The translations under genes and the position numbers were made by a program. This document shows positions 1 to 12,487 of a stretch of DNA of 61,213 nt, piece by piece. Location of the stretch: contig ML002241.1 of NCBI GenBank assembly GCA_003614675.1, positions 1 to 61,213 on the forward strand, given 5' to 3'. The notes beneath the pieces are model-generated. The model had not been told where the DNA came from. It did no database searches and saw only the letters and a program-made list of their open reading frames with translations. How positions within the stretch are numbered: position 1 is the stretch's first letter; each line of letters starts with the position of its first letter. This stretch comes from Dimargaris cristalligena. Its lineage: Eukaryota.

Positions 1-70
1 ATTTCCCATATATTTTCCCATACACGTATAATGTAAACCCTTATATAGCTGGGCCGAATTTTACCCATAT
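1..70 (-). mobile_element. Partial copy of the ~145-bp MITE (truncated by the window start)
   Basis: Reverse complement reads ATATGGGTAAAATTCGGCCCAGCTATATAAGG...GTGTATGGGAAAA, matching the left end of the copies at 9523, 12344 and 22802. Confidence 0.7.
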
Positions 71-680
71 GTTATTAGGTATCCAACTCCCGAAACTTAA
101 TCAAGCTCGCATTTGTGATCGGATGAAAAATCGAGGGTAATTTGGCAGGCAGCCTATAGGAACTTTGCCCCATGACGTGATCACTGGGTCCCCTGGACTC
201 ATCGCCTATTTAAGCCAGCCCCCCCTTTATCCCATCGCCCAGCCACGTTGAAAGCCCGGATTTCACAACTCGGTAATATATATATATAAAGAGTCTTTTG
301 CCTGGTCTCTATGTCTCCCTGATAAAAATACTTGATTTTCTGCCCTACCTATTCCGTTTGAATATCGCATAGACATCCTGTTGCCTGAGCCATCTCGTCT
401 CCTCCTGTTTCTTTTCTGTTATTTCCGCCTTGGCCCGGCCTGTACCACCACCACACCACTTCACTCGCGCGCGCCCTATACACCGCCCCCCCACTGCTCA
501 TTTCTATCAGTTGCTATACGATACCACTATATTTCTCCCTCTCCTTTGCTTTATATATTACTTTTACTATTGTTAGTTTGGCTGAGTCCTGCCGCCCGCT
601 ATTTTTCCCACCCAAAATCTTTTACGCCTTTGTATATGGTCTTCCACGGAATTCACCGACCTTCTCAATTCATATTATAA

Positions 681-725
681 TAGTAGTAGTAGTAGTATTA
701 TTAGTAGTAGCAGCAGCAGTAGTAG
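681..725. repeat. (TAG/CAG)n trinucleotide microsatellite upstream of DUG3
   Basis: tagtagtagtagtagtattattagtagtagcagcagcagtagtag seen directly. Confidence 0.8.
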
Positions 726-959
726 TTCTATTTCCACCCTTCGTTTCCCTTGTCAGTAGGGTGCACTCCAGACTTCAGTGGTCTCCGGAACATTCCTTTC
801 CCCTCTTCTTGCCTTATTAAACAAAGTGCCCAGACCTTGTCCGCTATTGGCTTTCTACCCGTTCGACCTGTGTACATCCCGCATATTGTTTCGGCACCAG
901 CACCGGTGCCCCCCTCCTCTCGATTTTCGCCGCATTCCCCGGTACAGCGTGTCTTTCCA

Positions 960-3415
960 ATGTGCCGTTTTCTCGTTTACAAGGGCAAAGAGCCCGCTCT
1001 AATTGCCGATGTAAGTCCATGCAGGCCCGGGGTTCTACAGCCTTGGTTAATAAAGTTGTCGCCACTTGCACTATTCACTCGAACCATTCGGCTTAACTAA
1101 CCCCTCCCCCTGTCCATTCTCCACACAACACCCTCCTCTTCGCCCGGCCCTCTGGACCTTGATACAGTTAATTATGCGACCCGCCCATTCCATAATTAAC
1201 CAGTCATTCGACTGCCGGTTACGACTCGAAGGCTGCCGCTTCCTAAACGGTAAGTACTAACCCAAGTGGCCCGTACGGGTTTAGAATATATGCCATCGAT
1301 TTTTTCATCCTTAATGTATGTATGTATATATATATATATATGCCAGATAAGAACCATTTCACCTCTCCGATGGGCCTGCACTGCGTCACAATGGGTCACG
1401 AGCCTCGGGTGTGCAGTACCGGCAATTTTTAATGCATACGGTTGCAGTGTGGTACGGCCCCAACCTAACCATTTATCGTTGAATTATATTGCACCTGTCA
1501 TTATTTTGGAACTCGTATCTCAACCCTTTCTTGGGATTGCCCTCAGGCGACGGTTTTGGTGTCGGTAAGTCTTTAATATCCACTACCACCACAATAGTAT
1601 CCGATGGCTCGTTATTATTTTGGTTCGAGGGGTTTTCTTTGGTTTTCTTACTACACCAACCCAATCGGCCACCCCATAGGATTAACTGACACTGACACTG
1701 GGATTCATTGTTCATCATCGCTTAATCCCGCATTACCCCCGTCGGCTGATATTCGCTTCGCTTCTGAATGGCTAGGTTGGTACGACCAATACCCCGAGGA
1801 GGGCCCCTGTATCTTCACATCCACCCTACCCGCCTGGAGCAATATCAACCTCAAGCGGATCGCCGAGAAAATCCACAGCCCCCTAGTATTTGCCCACGTT
1901 CGGGCCACAACCGCTGGAACGCCAACATCAGAGTCTAATTGTAAGCTCCCGCGGCGACTATTATTATCTTGTCCAATTTGGCGACTCTAGTAATATATCT
2001 ATATACACATATAGATACACATTCAGGCCTTTCCCGGACCTTTCCTCCTATATCGTCCCCAACGTCTAAACCATCATCTATTCTGACTTACCTTTGCTAC
2101 TCCACCTTTCATTAGGCCACCCTTGGCAATACGGAACACTAATGTGGATGCATAACGGCCATCTTGCCCAATTCCCCAAGGTAAACCCCGCCCCCTTTTT
2201 GGTATACCTCTGGATACGGTATTGTAGATTCTTTTGACTGGTGTCAACTATACCACTCTGATAGTTCCATATTCCACTGACCTATCCGGTATCTGGACAT
2301 CCCAAGGATCTTTCCCCTCACCTCTACAACCATGCCTCAAATATTACTCCCACCGACCAGATTAAGCGGACACTCCAGAACTCGCTACGGGATGAAATGT
2401 TTTCCATGGTTCATGGCAATACCGATTCCGAATGGGCATTCGCGCTTTTCCTCAACCAGGTAGGTTGCCTACATCGTGTCTTGATTACTATGGCATACCT
2501 CGAACCTATTGATCCGATCATCGTTCGGTTCATAACACCCTTCCTCCCTAATAATCCCTCTAACCTTCTACCAATACACCCTCTCGCCCATCTTTACCCT
2601 GCATTTTTTTTCTTAAAATCCAATTTATACGTATTTGTCCCTGGTTCATCTTCCTAAAATCCAGTTGGAGGACCCTTCGGCGACTAATTTCGACCCGACC
2701 GTGCTCAAAAATGCCATGCTGCGCACCATTGAACTCATAAATATGTGGTCCCGGGAGGCCGGCATCACTCAGTCTTCCCTGCTAAATTTCGCCGTGACGG
2801 ACGGCCGTACCGTGGTGTGCACCCGGTATGTTAGCAGCAGTACCCTTGAGGCGGCCTCCCTTTATTACTCTTCCGGTTCACGGTTTATCGAACGAGGCGG
2901 GAATTACCGAATGGTAAGTGTATACTCTTCCCCGTTGGCTTGTGGGCCATTAGAATAGTCATCCTATTGTATATCCGGTTCGAAAAAAATAAGAGATTCC
3001 ATTCCACATGCGGATGCCTGGTTATGACTCGTTTCTATTCGACCCCCCCTCCCCCGCCACCCTCTCTATTTCCGTATTTCTTCGGCGGGTATTATTTTTC
3101 GCACAGGCTTCCTCTAGTTTTACTTGCTAGAAGCTGAAGGGACCCGCCTTTTTTACATGAATGGGCACTTAATTCTCCTCTATGTAACATATTCTCTCTC
3201 TATTCTACGGTCAATTCGATTAGGAAAAACGGGACAAACGCGAGGACGCCGTGCTGATCGCCTCCGAGCCCCTGACCTTCGAAAAGACTGACTGGGTCAC
3301 TATACCATCGAACACCCTCCTCATGGTCACCCCCAAGCACAATATTCTACTTTACCCTATCAAAGATGAGTTTTATAACCCCGGCAAGCGGGTACTCACA
3401 GTCAATAATGCTTAA
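960..3415 (+). CDS. DUG3: Class II (Ntn) glutamine amidotransferase, Dug3-like; 8 exons
   Basis: Exons 960-1010, 1168-1249, 1547-1564, 1776-1940, 2116-2180, 2361-2459, 2665-2913, 3224-3415, all GT-AG and in frame. Starts MCRFLVYKG (catalytic Cys2). Motifs RPAHSIINQS, NGDGFGVGWY, PAWSNINL, FAHVRA, NCHPW, MHNG, GNTDSEWAFALF, SLLNFAVTDG, ASEPLT. Confidence 0.93.
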
Positions 3416-4026
3416 TCTGATGGGCGGTAAACTTACCCCGTTTTTTCCGTCAGCTTATTTTCTTAATTGTGGATAAAATGAATTCGTTTTGATTTGCTTC
3501 TTTTGGATTTTTATATTCTTCATGTATACATATATACGGCATTTCCTGTGGGATGATAAGCGCCCCAATTACTCCAATTTCAATTTTCATCCGATACAAT
3601 AAAGTCGATCGATATACAGTTGGGAAGGTAGTGGATACTGATTTTATATAATTTATTGCAGCCTGCTGACAGATTATTGATATTTGAAGCGGCTTATCCC
3701 TCAATTTAGTGACCATGGTAGGACTCTATGGGCGATATTCAGAATTACTCACACTGTATCCGAAATGAGCCGTAAATGGGAAATTAGGTGGGCAACTCAT
3801 GTTTAACTGGTAAATATCGTTTATTAAATGTAATTTGCGTTAAATAGCCGGACTAAGCCTATGACATGCCCAAGGCGAACGTAGCAGTTAGTGGATATGT
3901 CGGGTGGGTTTTAGACCCCAGCCCAGGCTATGTAAACGGGTGTGCGATTGATAATGAACATCGCTGTCTATTATAACCCCCCAGCAATGGAAATGAATGA
4001 ATAGGTCAGGTATATAGTTGTCCGGG

Positions 4027-4653
4027 CTATTGCTGGGGGGCATGGGGGGGCTGCTGTTGTTGGCTCGCCAGAAACTGGGCTCGAATCATAATTACCCAGT
4101 CTTTTAATAATGGTAGGTCCGCACGGTCCCGGTCACTAAACTGAACGTTTCGGCGTTGCTTCTCGCTAAGGTAAACAAACATCATGGCCTTCTTTGTGTT
4201 GTTGCTCAGAATGAATGCGTCGTCGGTGTGGTCTACAATATCAGCGAATGTCTGGAATTCGTTCGGCTCCAAACTTTCTAAATAAGCTTTCAGTTTTTTG
4301 TGGTCTTCAAATTCCCAGAATGCTGAAAAATCCACCTCGAAATCAGCCATGGTGAGGGGTGTTTCCAAAATCGAATCTAAATCCCCGAGGAGAAATTGAT
4401 TAAACTGGTCATCAGTTAGTGATTGGGGCCCACCCACTGCGCTGCGGGACAGCAGTTCGGGGGCCTGGGCGGGGAAGTTGCCGTTAGCGATATTTTGGTT
4501 CGTGTTGTAGTTGCTGGAGGAGCCGCTTTGGTTGGTATAATAGTTCCCGGTACCGTAGTTGTTATTGCTGTTGTCCATGGGGGCTGACTGGCCCAGCCCA
4601 GCGAGAGCAAGGGCAACGAGGGACCAGGTGACAAAGTGGGCGGGCTTAATCAT
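4027..4653 (-). CDS. Secreted orphan protein, 208 aa, intronless (candidate effector)
   Basis: N-terminal hydrophobic signal (MIKPAHFVTWSLVALALAGLGQS|APM), then an N/Y-rich linker and a helical acidic region. No family recognised. Confidence 0.75.
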   Translation of the reverse strand: MIKPAHFVTWSLVALALAGLGQSAPMDNSNNNYGTGNYYTNQSGSSSNYNTNQNIANGNFPAQAPELLSRSAVGGPQSLTDDQFNQFLLGDLDSILETPLTMADFEVDFSAFWEFEDHKKLKAYLESLEPNEFQTFADIVDHTDDAFILSNNTKKAMMFVYLSEKQRRNVQFSDRDRADLPLLKDWVIMIRAQFLASQQQQPPHAPQQ

Positions 4654-6288
4654 AGTGACAGGTCGAGGTAGTATATTCTGCCGAAGTGGTGGGTGGGAAA
4701 TATAGGGGTCGACACTGTATGTTCAACAAGGCGTTAATACAAACTGGCGTGGGTTTCCGAAGATATTAGGAAGATAGTGCAGATAAAATAAGGGAGTTAA
4801 TTATACAAAAGCGTATAGGAAAGGCTGTATAGCGGAGAAACTAGATCAGGAAATGCCAAGGTACTTATATCTCTAGAGAATTATACTCTGTAGCCAATTG
4901 GCTTATAAAGACCGCCCCAGCGGCTCTATATGGAAGCATAGGGGGGGCTTTAGATGATAATCTAGCTGGCTAGGTTTACAGCACTACCAGATGGCTTAGC
5001 CATCAATCTCACACATTTACACTTACAATGCCGCCTTTTTGGTTTTTCAATTGAATATAAGGAAGAGTAACTCCCATGATATTATTAATGGAGGTCATGT
5101 CATCGGAGACAGGCCTTACAGAGAGATGTCCCATTAGTTGGCACTCTTCCACAGAATAGACGTGTACTGCCCAGCGACAGTTACACGCTTTTTAAAGGAA
5201 GGGGCAAAAAGACGTAGTACCGCCTTTTATGTACACCCAGCCTCCCTACTCCCCTTCTCTTGTCGCCCTTACTCATGCATGCCCCACCAATCAACTATTA
5301 TTGTGAATTTATATGATGTACAAGTTGCCGGACGAGGGATGTGAAAAATGTAGAGTGAGAGTGGCTGGCGAGAGAACAGCCGACAACTGTTGGTGTAATA
5401 CAAGTACGCTGATATAGGGAGGTGGTCATAGCCCCAAGTCTTTTGGCTTTTAAAAAATTCTACAGACAGAGCCACTCGCATACTCGAAATGAATATCGAG
5501 CAGGCCGGTTAGCATTGGACAGTGACCAAGGCGCATCGAGGTGGTATAGAGCGCCAGACCACAAACACCCATTGCTAGATGACCATGGGGTACAAGGGAC
5601 CAGGCATCGGATACATGGTGGATACAATAATTCCAAACCCAGTGTTCTATTGAACTCGAGAAACAATGCCTAATATTGTTAGTGCTGAACGTACTAGGGA
5701 TGGGGTGCGTCGTTCTAAACCTTTCCTGGGCCCGGTGATATTGCCTACATGTTAGGGTGAAGGTGCTATTCCATCAACACCCCGGCGCCATAACAAGCTC
5801 GTCGATGTCTATACTTGCCGATTGGAAAGGGCACCATACTACACTGGTGGTGGGTACACTGAACATTCATCGCCCAGCTGACATTTCCCCGATACTATAT
5901 CAGTTGAAAAGACAGCCACGAAATCCATCCATGAGTGGGATAACTAGTGTAGGTTAGGTAGAGGGTGGCTTGTGGTAGAGACTTAAGTAGGGCATATATA
6001 AATGTTTACAGCGATATAACTTTATTTTATTTTCTGACTATAGTCTGCTGGAGTAGCGAACAGACTGTGTTGCAGTCGGTGTAGATGGTGTAAAAAGCGA
6101 ACGTAGTCATATAGGCCGCGACCAATATATTTAAAGGCGGGCAAATTGTACCGTTGTATTACCAACCTGGGTGGGTTGAAATAGGGAAACACAGTGGCGT
6201 AGGGAGCTGGTGATAATAAGGACCGAAACGGGAAGTGCAACTAGGAAACTTCACAAACGGGCCAACTGGGGTGGGTATCTGGTACCAC

Positions 6289-6850
6289 TCAATGGGTTTG
6301 GCGGGGTGTGCCAACTACACTGACCGCATTTAGGCTAACCCGGTTTATATTCTGGCCAGTATTGATAGTTATGGTTTTAATACCTACAATTGTAGTGGAG
6401 AATACCCCACTGCTGACCACCAATGTAGCTGCAGCTGTTTCGAAATTGTCGTCTGCTCTATTACCATTCGCAGGGTGCTCCTCGGAGGAATTGGGTGCAT
6501 CCATTTTATCAAGCTCGGCAAACATATCTTTAACAAATTTGCCGGTTTCGGGAGTAATTCTCTTGTTGCGCTCAATTTGGTAACTAAGGCCTTGGGCCCA
6601 ACACCCAGGAAATATCGGTATGTTTATCAGCCGACGAGCTAGTTGCGCCCATACCAAGTGCATTTTGAAGCTCCAATTCGACTGTACCTTCGGGCATATC
6701 TGTAGAGTGGATTCCGTGGTTATGATTCGTCATGGAATTGTCTTATCCATTTGGCAGAGAGTCGGCGGTGGTCGGCCGAAGATGGGCCCCAGGGATACAC
6801 ATGACCAGGGCCAGAACCATAATAGTATTTGGGAGATGCAGCGTAGTCAT
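6289..6850 (-). pseudogene. Disrupted paralogue of the secreted gene at 11290-11775
   Basis: ATG at 6850 gives MTTLHLPNTIMVLALVMCIPGAHLRPTTADSLPNG* (TAA at 6745-6743), which aligns with VALAVGIPSCHSRPTPSAPTPNGQ. After a frameshift, RNKRITPETGKFVKDM resembles RTNKKLTDNPETEKAIADSM. Confidence 0.6.
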
Positions 6851-8105
6851 TGAATTGCTGGTGGTGGACCGGTCGTCGTCAGTTTCTACACAATGGATGG
6901 ATGTGGTATGGGCTGAACGTTCCTCTGGTTGTGCTTATGGTTAAAAAATTGTAGCTATATAGTAATAAACCCGAGTATCTAACATGTGGACCCGGTCATG
7001 TCGGAAACTATGCTTACATTTATTTCGTAGAATGGATACTAAACAATGCGTATTACCTAGGGTATATACGTCGGGTATAAAATTCAACGTGGCAAACCTA
7101 TGTTAATGAAAAACTTGGGCAGAATAGTGGGCTCGGAGGAATGGAGGTGTGGCATCGACCAGCGAATTTGGCACATTTGTATCAAATATCTGTGGGAAAT
7201 TCAGCTCAACTGTAACAGGAGTTTAATGGTATGCGTAGAGGGGAAAATAGACGGGATATTCACTTTTAACCAGTAAATACGGCCTCTTTAAACGGCTTTT
7301 TTTCGTTATCCATGTAAGTGGAACACCCCCCCCCCTATTCACACTTAACGCGCTCAGTGATACGTAAAGTTGCTCGGCCACAGGGTAAACATTGGGCCAA
7401 TGAAAGCGCAGCGTGGTACTAGAATTCACGATATTGCCCCAATGGCTTAATGAGGACCGCCAAACGACCATAGAATTACTGTGGTTGGTGGAGCGGGCCT
7501 TGTATTTTTTTATGAGCCTTACCCATGCTCTTTCGCATAGTCCATCGGTTGAACATCTTGACTGAGCCACATACCGCGCTAGAGGAGCCCTGTTTCAGTA
7601 TTCGGCATGGTGTTTTTGGGGAAGGTAGCGCCCACCTGTACTGTACAGCCGGTACCACTGAAGTTTTCCACCGAAATTTAGGATGTAACTCATTTGCTTA
7701 AAAAATCAAATAATACTAGTAATGTCCCTAATAACTACCCCATATTTCTAGCAGCCAAGAGATAGTGAGGTTTGGTTGTCCTATACACGACTTTACATAT
7801 TTATTTAAACGAGTATTGGAGCATGTGCTAGATGGTAAATTTTATTGTACAAAAACGCTATTGCTTAATTATCAGCGAAAAACAACCTCTCAAGTGTAAC
7901 AAACGAACTATAGGTAAACATATCGAGCCAGAAAAGCAGAAATGGGGTGTATCTTTGGCAAGGAAAGATGTGATTTTAATTAAACAAGATAATAAGTAGG
8001 GAGTGATCACTATAAATTGGGGCGGGGCGGGATTTTCGATACGAGTGCCCTTTTCGATGGCCAGTGCAGTCATCGCAACACACCGGCGTTTACCATTAAT
8101 TTAAT

Positions 8106-8600
8106 TTAAATAATACCCTCCATGTTTCTCATTTGAGCGTCGAACTCATCTTGGTTTTTCTGATTCTCTGGGGTCCACTCCGTACTCGAATAAGGGGACA
8201 GGTGCCACCAATCATCATCCATGGCGTTATTCGAGTGACTGTTCGTATTGAAATTCATGTCGGCTTCGTTAGACCCTCCGGCCAATTTGTTGGCCTCATT
8301 TTTCTCCCAGGCACGAATGGCATCATCATATGTCTGGTCTATCCAACCATCCTCTGCATCTTGATAATCCAAATTCATCGGGGTTGTCGGAGAGTTAGTT
8401 GGGTCCATGTCGCTGGAATCGGGAGGGCTATATTGGTGTTCCTGGGGGACTGTTAGGTCATTTTGCAAATAATATAGCAGGTTGGCACGCTGGGTCTCTG
8501 TTTCGGACATACTCGGGGTTGGACTGGAGTAACCGGCAGGCACCAGCATAGCCAAGACGGCCAATGTAAGGGGTACGGCGAGCATCGCGCAGTGGACCAT
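8106..8600 (-). CDS. Secreted acidic orphan protein, ~164 aa, intronless
   Basis: First ATG at 8600; signal peptide MVHCAMLAVPLTLAVLAMLVPAGYS|SPTPS; D/E/N-rich mature part. Confidence 0.72.
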   Translation of the reverse strand: MVHCAMLAVPLTLAVLAMLVPAGYSSPTPSMSETETQRANLLYYLQNDLTVPQEHQYSPPDSSDMDPTNSPTTPMNLDYQDAEDGWIDQTYDDAIRAWEKNEANKLAGGSNEADMNFNTNSHSNNAMDDDWWHLSPYSSTEWTPENQKNQDEFDAQMRNMEGII

Positions 8601-9522
8601 GGTCAATTAAAGAGTAAAGCCGAGCTTTATGCGTGTGGTGTCGGGAAGGTCAATGGAAGAACTGGGTGTCAAATTGACGATTATAAAGACCCCAGAAGTC
8701 AAATTTTAGGGGGGTAGTATGGGTATAATCGGAGCAAGGTAGGGGGAGGGGGGTGGACTAGGCAGTCACTGGGAAATAAGCCGGCGTACTTTACGTAAAC
8801 TTGGGGGAAACGAAATTACGGAAGGCTGACAACCAAGGTGGTGGGTCAAAAATAGGGAGTTTGAGTAACCAATAACCAAGTATTGGTGACTAGATATGGG
8901 CAGCAAGGTGGCCTTTTATGCCAAGTTGAAATGCCCTTGGGGCTGTGATACTTTCCAGCTTGGGGGGGCCAAAAACATTGCCCTCTCGCCACCCCGTCGT
9001 TCTCCCTAGCATCTCGATTGCCAATTGGTGCACCGAATAATTTCTTGGAATAATGTTGCGTTACACCGAGGCTGTGCCAAGAGATCGGAACACTCCATTA
9101 AATTATTGGAATGTGTCTTTTTTTTATGTTACTTTTTCCGGAAGAAAAAGAGCCGAAGATATGATAGATGTAGGGGAAGTAAAAAGAGAGCAATATTTAC
9201 CTCAAACCTCACTAGCCCACTAACCAACAATATTTTCTATTTTATTACGAGACTGTGACTTGTATGTATTTATCCGATAAGTCCATGTAAAAAATGTGCC
9301 GGGATGGGCGAGGGGGACGGAGGAGGGGTGAAAGTGGAAAGGAATGTTCACAAAGCAAGTAGGTCAACTAAGCTGCCTTAAAAAACGGGGAGAAGGGAAT
9401 AGATTTTTTCGATTGAGAATTCCAACTCACCCCCTCCCTCGCTCCACCCAAAGAAGGGTTCGTGTGCGATACGCCGGCCGCCTTTGGAAATAGGCAGGCC
9501 ATTTCTGCAACAGGACTGCTAC

Positions 9523-9667
9523 AATATGGGTGAAGTTCAGCTTGGTTGTATAAGGTTTTAACCGATATGTGTATGGGAAAATCGGTGGGATGTTTATTTT
9601 CAACCAGTAGTATTTGCCTCATTAAATGGATGTTTCGCTATACAGTCTTGTTGAACTACTCCCATAT
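9523..9667 (+). mobile_element. MITE copy (~145 bp, imperfect ~28-bp TIRs, putative TA target duplication)
   Basis: ATATGGGGTGAAGTTCAG...CTTGTTGAACTACTCCCATAT; highly similar to 12344-12487. Confidence 0.8.
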
Positions 9668-11289
9668 AGTCAAATATGCCACAAGGGCTGGCTGCATGTC
9701 GCTTATACATAGTCCTATATCTACTCTCACCCATTGAAGACCGAATCTAAGTAGTGTGTGGTGTTGAACAACTGGCGGCTACTCAAGCCTCTATTCCAAT
9801 AAAACATTGGTATTTATATATTACACAATCCCAATATGGAGAAATATAGCTTCTCTACAGCAAAAGCCATTTCCGGGGATACATAATGAGTTTGCCAGCC
9901 CGGATAAGCTGAGAGTTCGATTATTTACATAACAATACCAACTAAATACTAGACGCCAATAATGGAATGGCTTACGGAAAAGCTAGAGGGGTGCCTAGCT
10001 GAGTACTTCGAAGGGTGGAGTTTCGCAATAATTAGCGGGGCTTCCGTAAAGAGAGATGGGCCGTAGGAATCGTATAAACAGGTTGTGTTAGGCCTGCTGT
10101 AAGCCAGCCAATAGGGATGACACCGCAACAGCGAGGTAAAAGGAAATGGGGTTCACAGAATATAATTGTATAGGGGGGATAGGTTTGGGGTGGTCGTTGG
10201 ACTTAGTATCCGAGTGGCCCCAGTTTTCCAATCGACATGCCTAGTGGTATTCATTGCGCATTAACCGAGCCCCACTAATCGGGACCGACTGTTTTTTTCA
10301 TACACCAAATTTTGGAGCACCGATTCCGTTGTCCAACTACAAGCACATATTAATTTTCCGTGCCATCGACAGTGCGTTTACCGGTTTAGCCCTTACGAAG
10401 AGCCCCCCTTCGCGCTGGTCCCCAATGTTCACCTCTCTGGCTATAATAAGGCTTCCCTCTTGATACCCGAATATTCCCAAATGGTTACAGGGAATTGCAA
10501 TTCTATACCGAGCACTATTGGTCAGGGTCTGCGCCCTCGCCTCCCCTAATCCCTTATATACCCTTGGCCATTTGTGAATTTTTGGGAGTCACCATTCGGT
10601 CAAGTTTTTTAATATCAAGGCAAAAGCCCAAGAACGACTGTTGTGAATAGTCTGACTCTATTACCTACCCTCAACATACTTATGTCTTTGTCCATGTTCA
10701 AACCCCATTAAAACTCGCCTAAACAATAGACCCTTTAATGGGGAGTTCGTTGAAATAATCTGGAATATGGTGTAAGGACCGGCTGGTTTATGGTTAGCTG
10801 CAGTAATGCCATGTGCGAAATACACGAAATTGTGTATTTCGTGATATTCAAAATGCCAAGAAGGCGTACCTTTAGTATATTGGACAAAATAGAACAGACC
10901 GGCTTGGGTTTTGCCATGACTTATTATGAAAATATAATCAAATGTGAAAATGTGGTTTTTTATTATTTACTGGCTAACGGGACCACAGCGGACTCGAAAA
11001 AAAACAACTATTTCGCTATATCCTTAAACAGACAAAAAAAATAAGCCAAAAACTATATTGCACATTCCTACTATTGATAAACCAAAGTGATCCCCAATTC
11101 AATGAAGCCTCGGGCTCGCTAGCTTGCATTAAAGAGGTTCAATAGCCCGAATAAGTTTGCCCTATTCAGTACAAATTCCAGCGGGGCAAGCCTATTTTGC
11201 ATGCGGTTTCAATACACGAGTTCGTTGACCCCGTGTATCCCGGTGTTTTGAAGGTGACCTGCACCACGCCTGACATTTGGTGATAGCGG

Positions 11290-11775
11290 TTATTCCTGTG
11301 GATTTTTCGGGGGGAGGTTCGAATGACTCCTCCAGAGTCTATACAGATCCTCCTCGGTAAGTTGCTTGTTAGGCTTCTCCTCCCCAGCGAGTTGGTTGTT
11401 GAAATGCTCCTCAAAGAGGTGTTGGACCTCGTCCTCAATCATACTATCGGCAATGGCCTTTTCGGTTTCCGGATTATCCGTCAGCTTCTTGTTGGTGCGT
11501 TTCTCGTATGCCCTGAACACACTTTCCATATCATCTTTGGTGAGAGGTCGATGGTTGGGACGAAGGATCTGCCTCGCCCAGGCCAGGTGGTTATTAACAT
11601 CTTGGTCTATGGCCGAAGTCGACCCCTGAACCACCTCTAAACTAGGAGCGTATAAATCCGTATATTGGCCATTCGGGGTAGGCGCGCTAGGGGTTGGTCG
11701 AGAATGGCAGCTGGGGATCCCGACAGCCAGAGCAACTAAGGCTAGAGTCAACTTGAAACTGGTAATGCGCACCAT
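11290..11775 (-). CDS. Secreted orphan protein, ~161 aa, intronless
   Basis: ATG at 11775; signal peptide MVRITSFKLTLALVALAVGIPSCHS|RPTPS; TATAAAAA on the minus strand near 12080. Confidence 0.75.
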   Translation of the reverse strand: MVRITSFKLTLALVALAVGIPSCHSRPTPSAPTPNGQYTDLYAPSLEVVQGSTSAIDQDVNNHLAWARQILRPNHRPLTKDDMESVFRAYEKRTNKKLTDNPETEKAIADSMIEDEVQHLFEEHFNNQLAGEEKPNKQLTEEDLYRLWRSHSNLPPKNPQE

Positions 11776-12343
11776 GATGTAATGGGTGATTTGGCCGAGG
11801 TTGACAAGGGTTAGGTAAGGGAAAATAGCCGAAGGATAGGCGACGGTGAACACAGGACCTCAAGGGACAGGACTGCAGTGGGTAACTAGTTTACTTACGG
11901 TAGAGATACAAAGTAGAGAATACGAAGAAAGTGTAGGTAAAGACGGTTACGGATGGCGTCTATCGCGAACTAACTCACAGAAAACAACCGATACAATACA
12001 CTTAAAAGTGATATTCCAATTCAGCGTAATGGATGAAGGCAACTGGAATGGAGTTAACGAGGTGGCGAAGGCGATGGGTTTTTATATCCGACGGCAGGTT
12101 TGAATTTAATGTGCTGATGTTTAACTGATGTCCAGGTATAGTATGCACGTAGCCCCCACTGAATGCAAGGTCACTCGAAGACAGCTCAGACACTGGGCCA
12201 CTAATAAGTGAGATATCGTTGGAGTACAATGGACTTGTCTAAGCCCCTTCCTTGACTCTCCGATTAGTCAATCTACGCGACTTTAATCTAACCTCGGAAT
12301 ATGGTATGGTGACCCGGGCGTGTAATTTGAATTGCATTGGTTA

Positions 12344-12487
12344 ATATGGGTGAAGTTCAGCTTAGCTATATAAGAATTTAACTGATATGTGTATGGGAAA
12401 ATCGGTGGGATGTTTATTTTCAACCAGTAGTATTTGCCTCATCAAACGGATTTTTCGCTATACAGCCTTGCTGAACTACTCCCATAT
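12344..12487 (+). mobile_element. MITE copy
   Basis: ATATGGGTGAAGTTCAG...CTTGCTGAACTACTCCCATAT; shares the internal GATATGTGTATGGGAAAATCGGTGGGATGTTTATTTTCAACCAGTAGTATTTGCCTCAT with the 9523 copy. Confidence 0.8.

Noticed and set aside
5400..5960. Short ORFs and an intron-like GTAGGC...CTAAC...TAG on the minus strand
   Set aside because: No consistent spliced frame or recognisable protein could be assembled.
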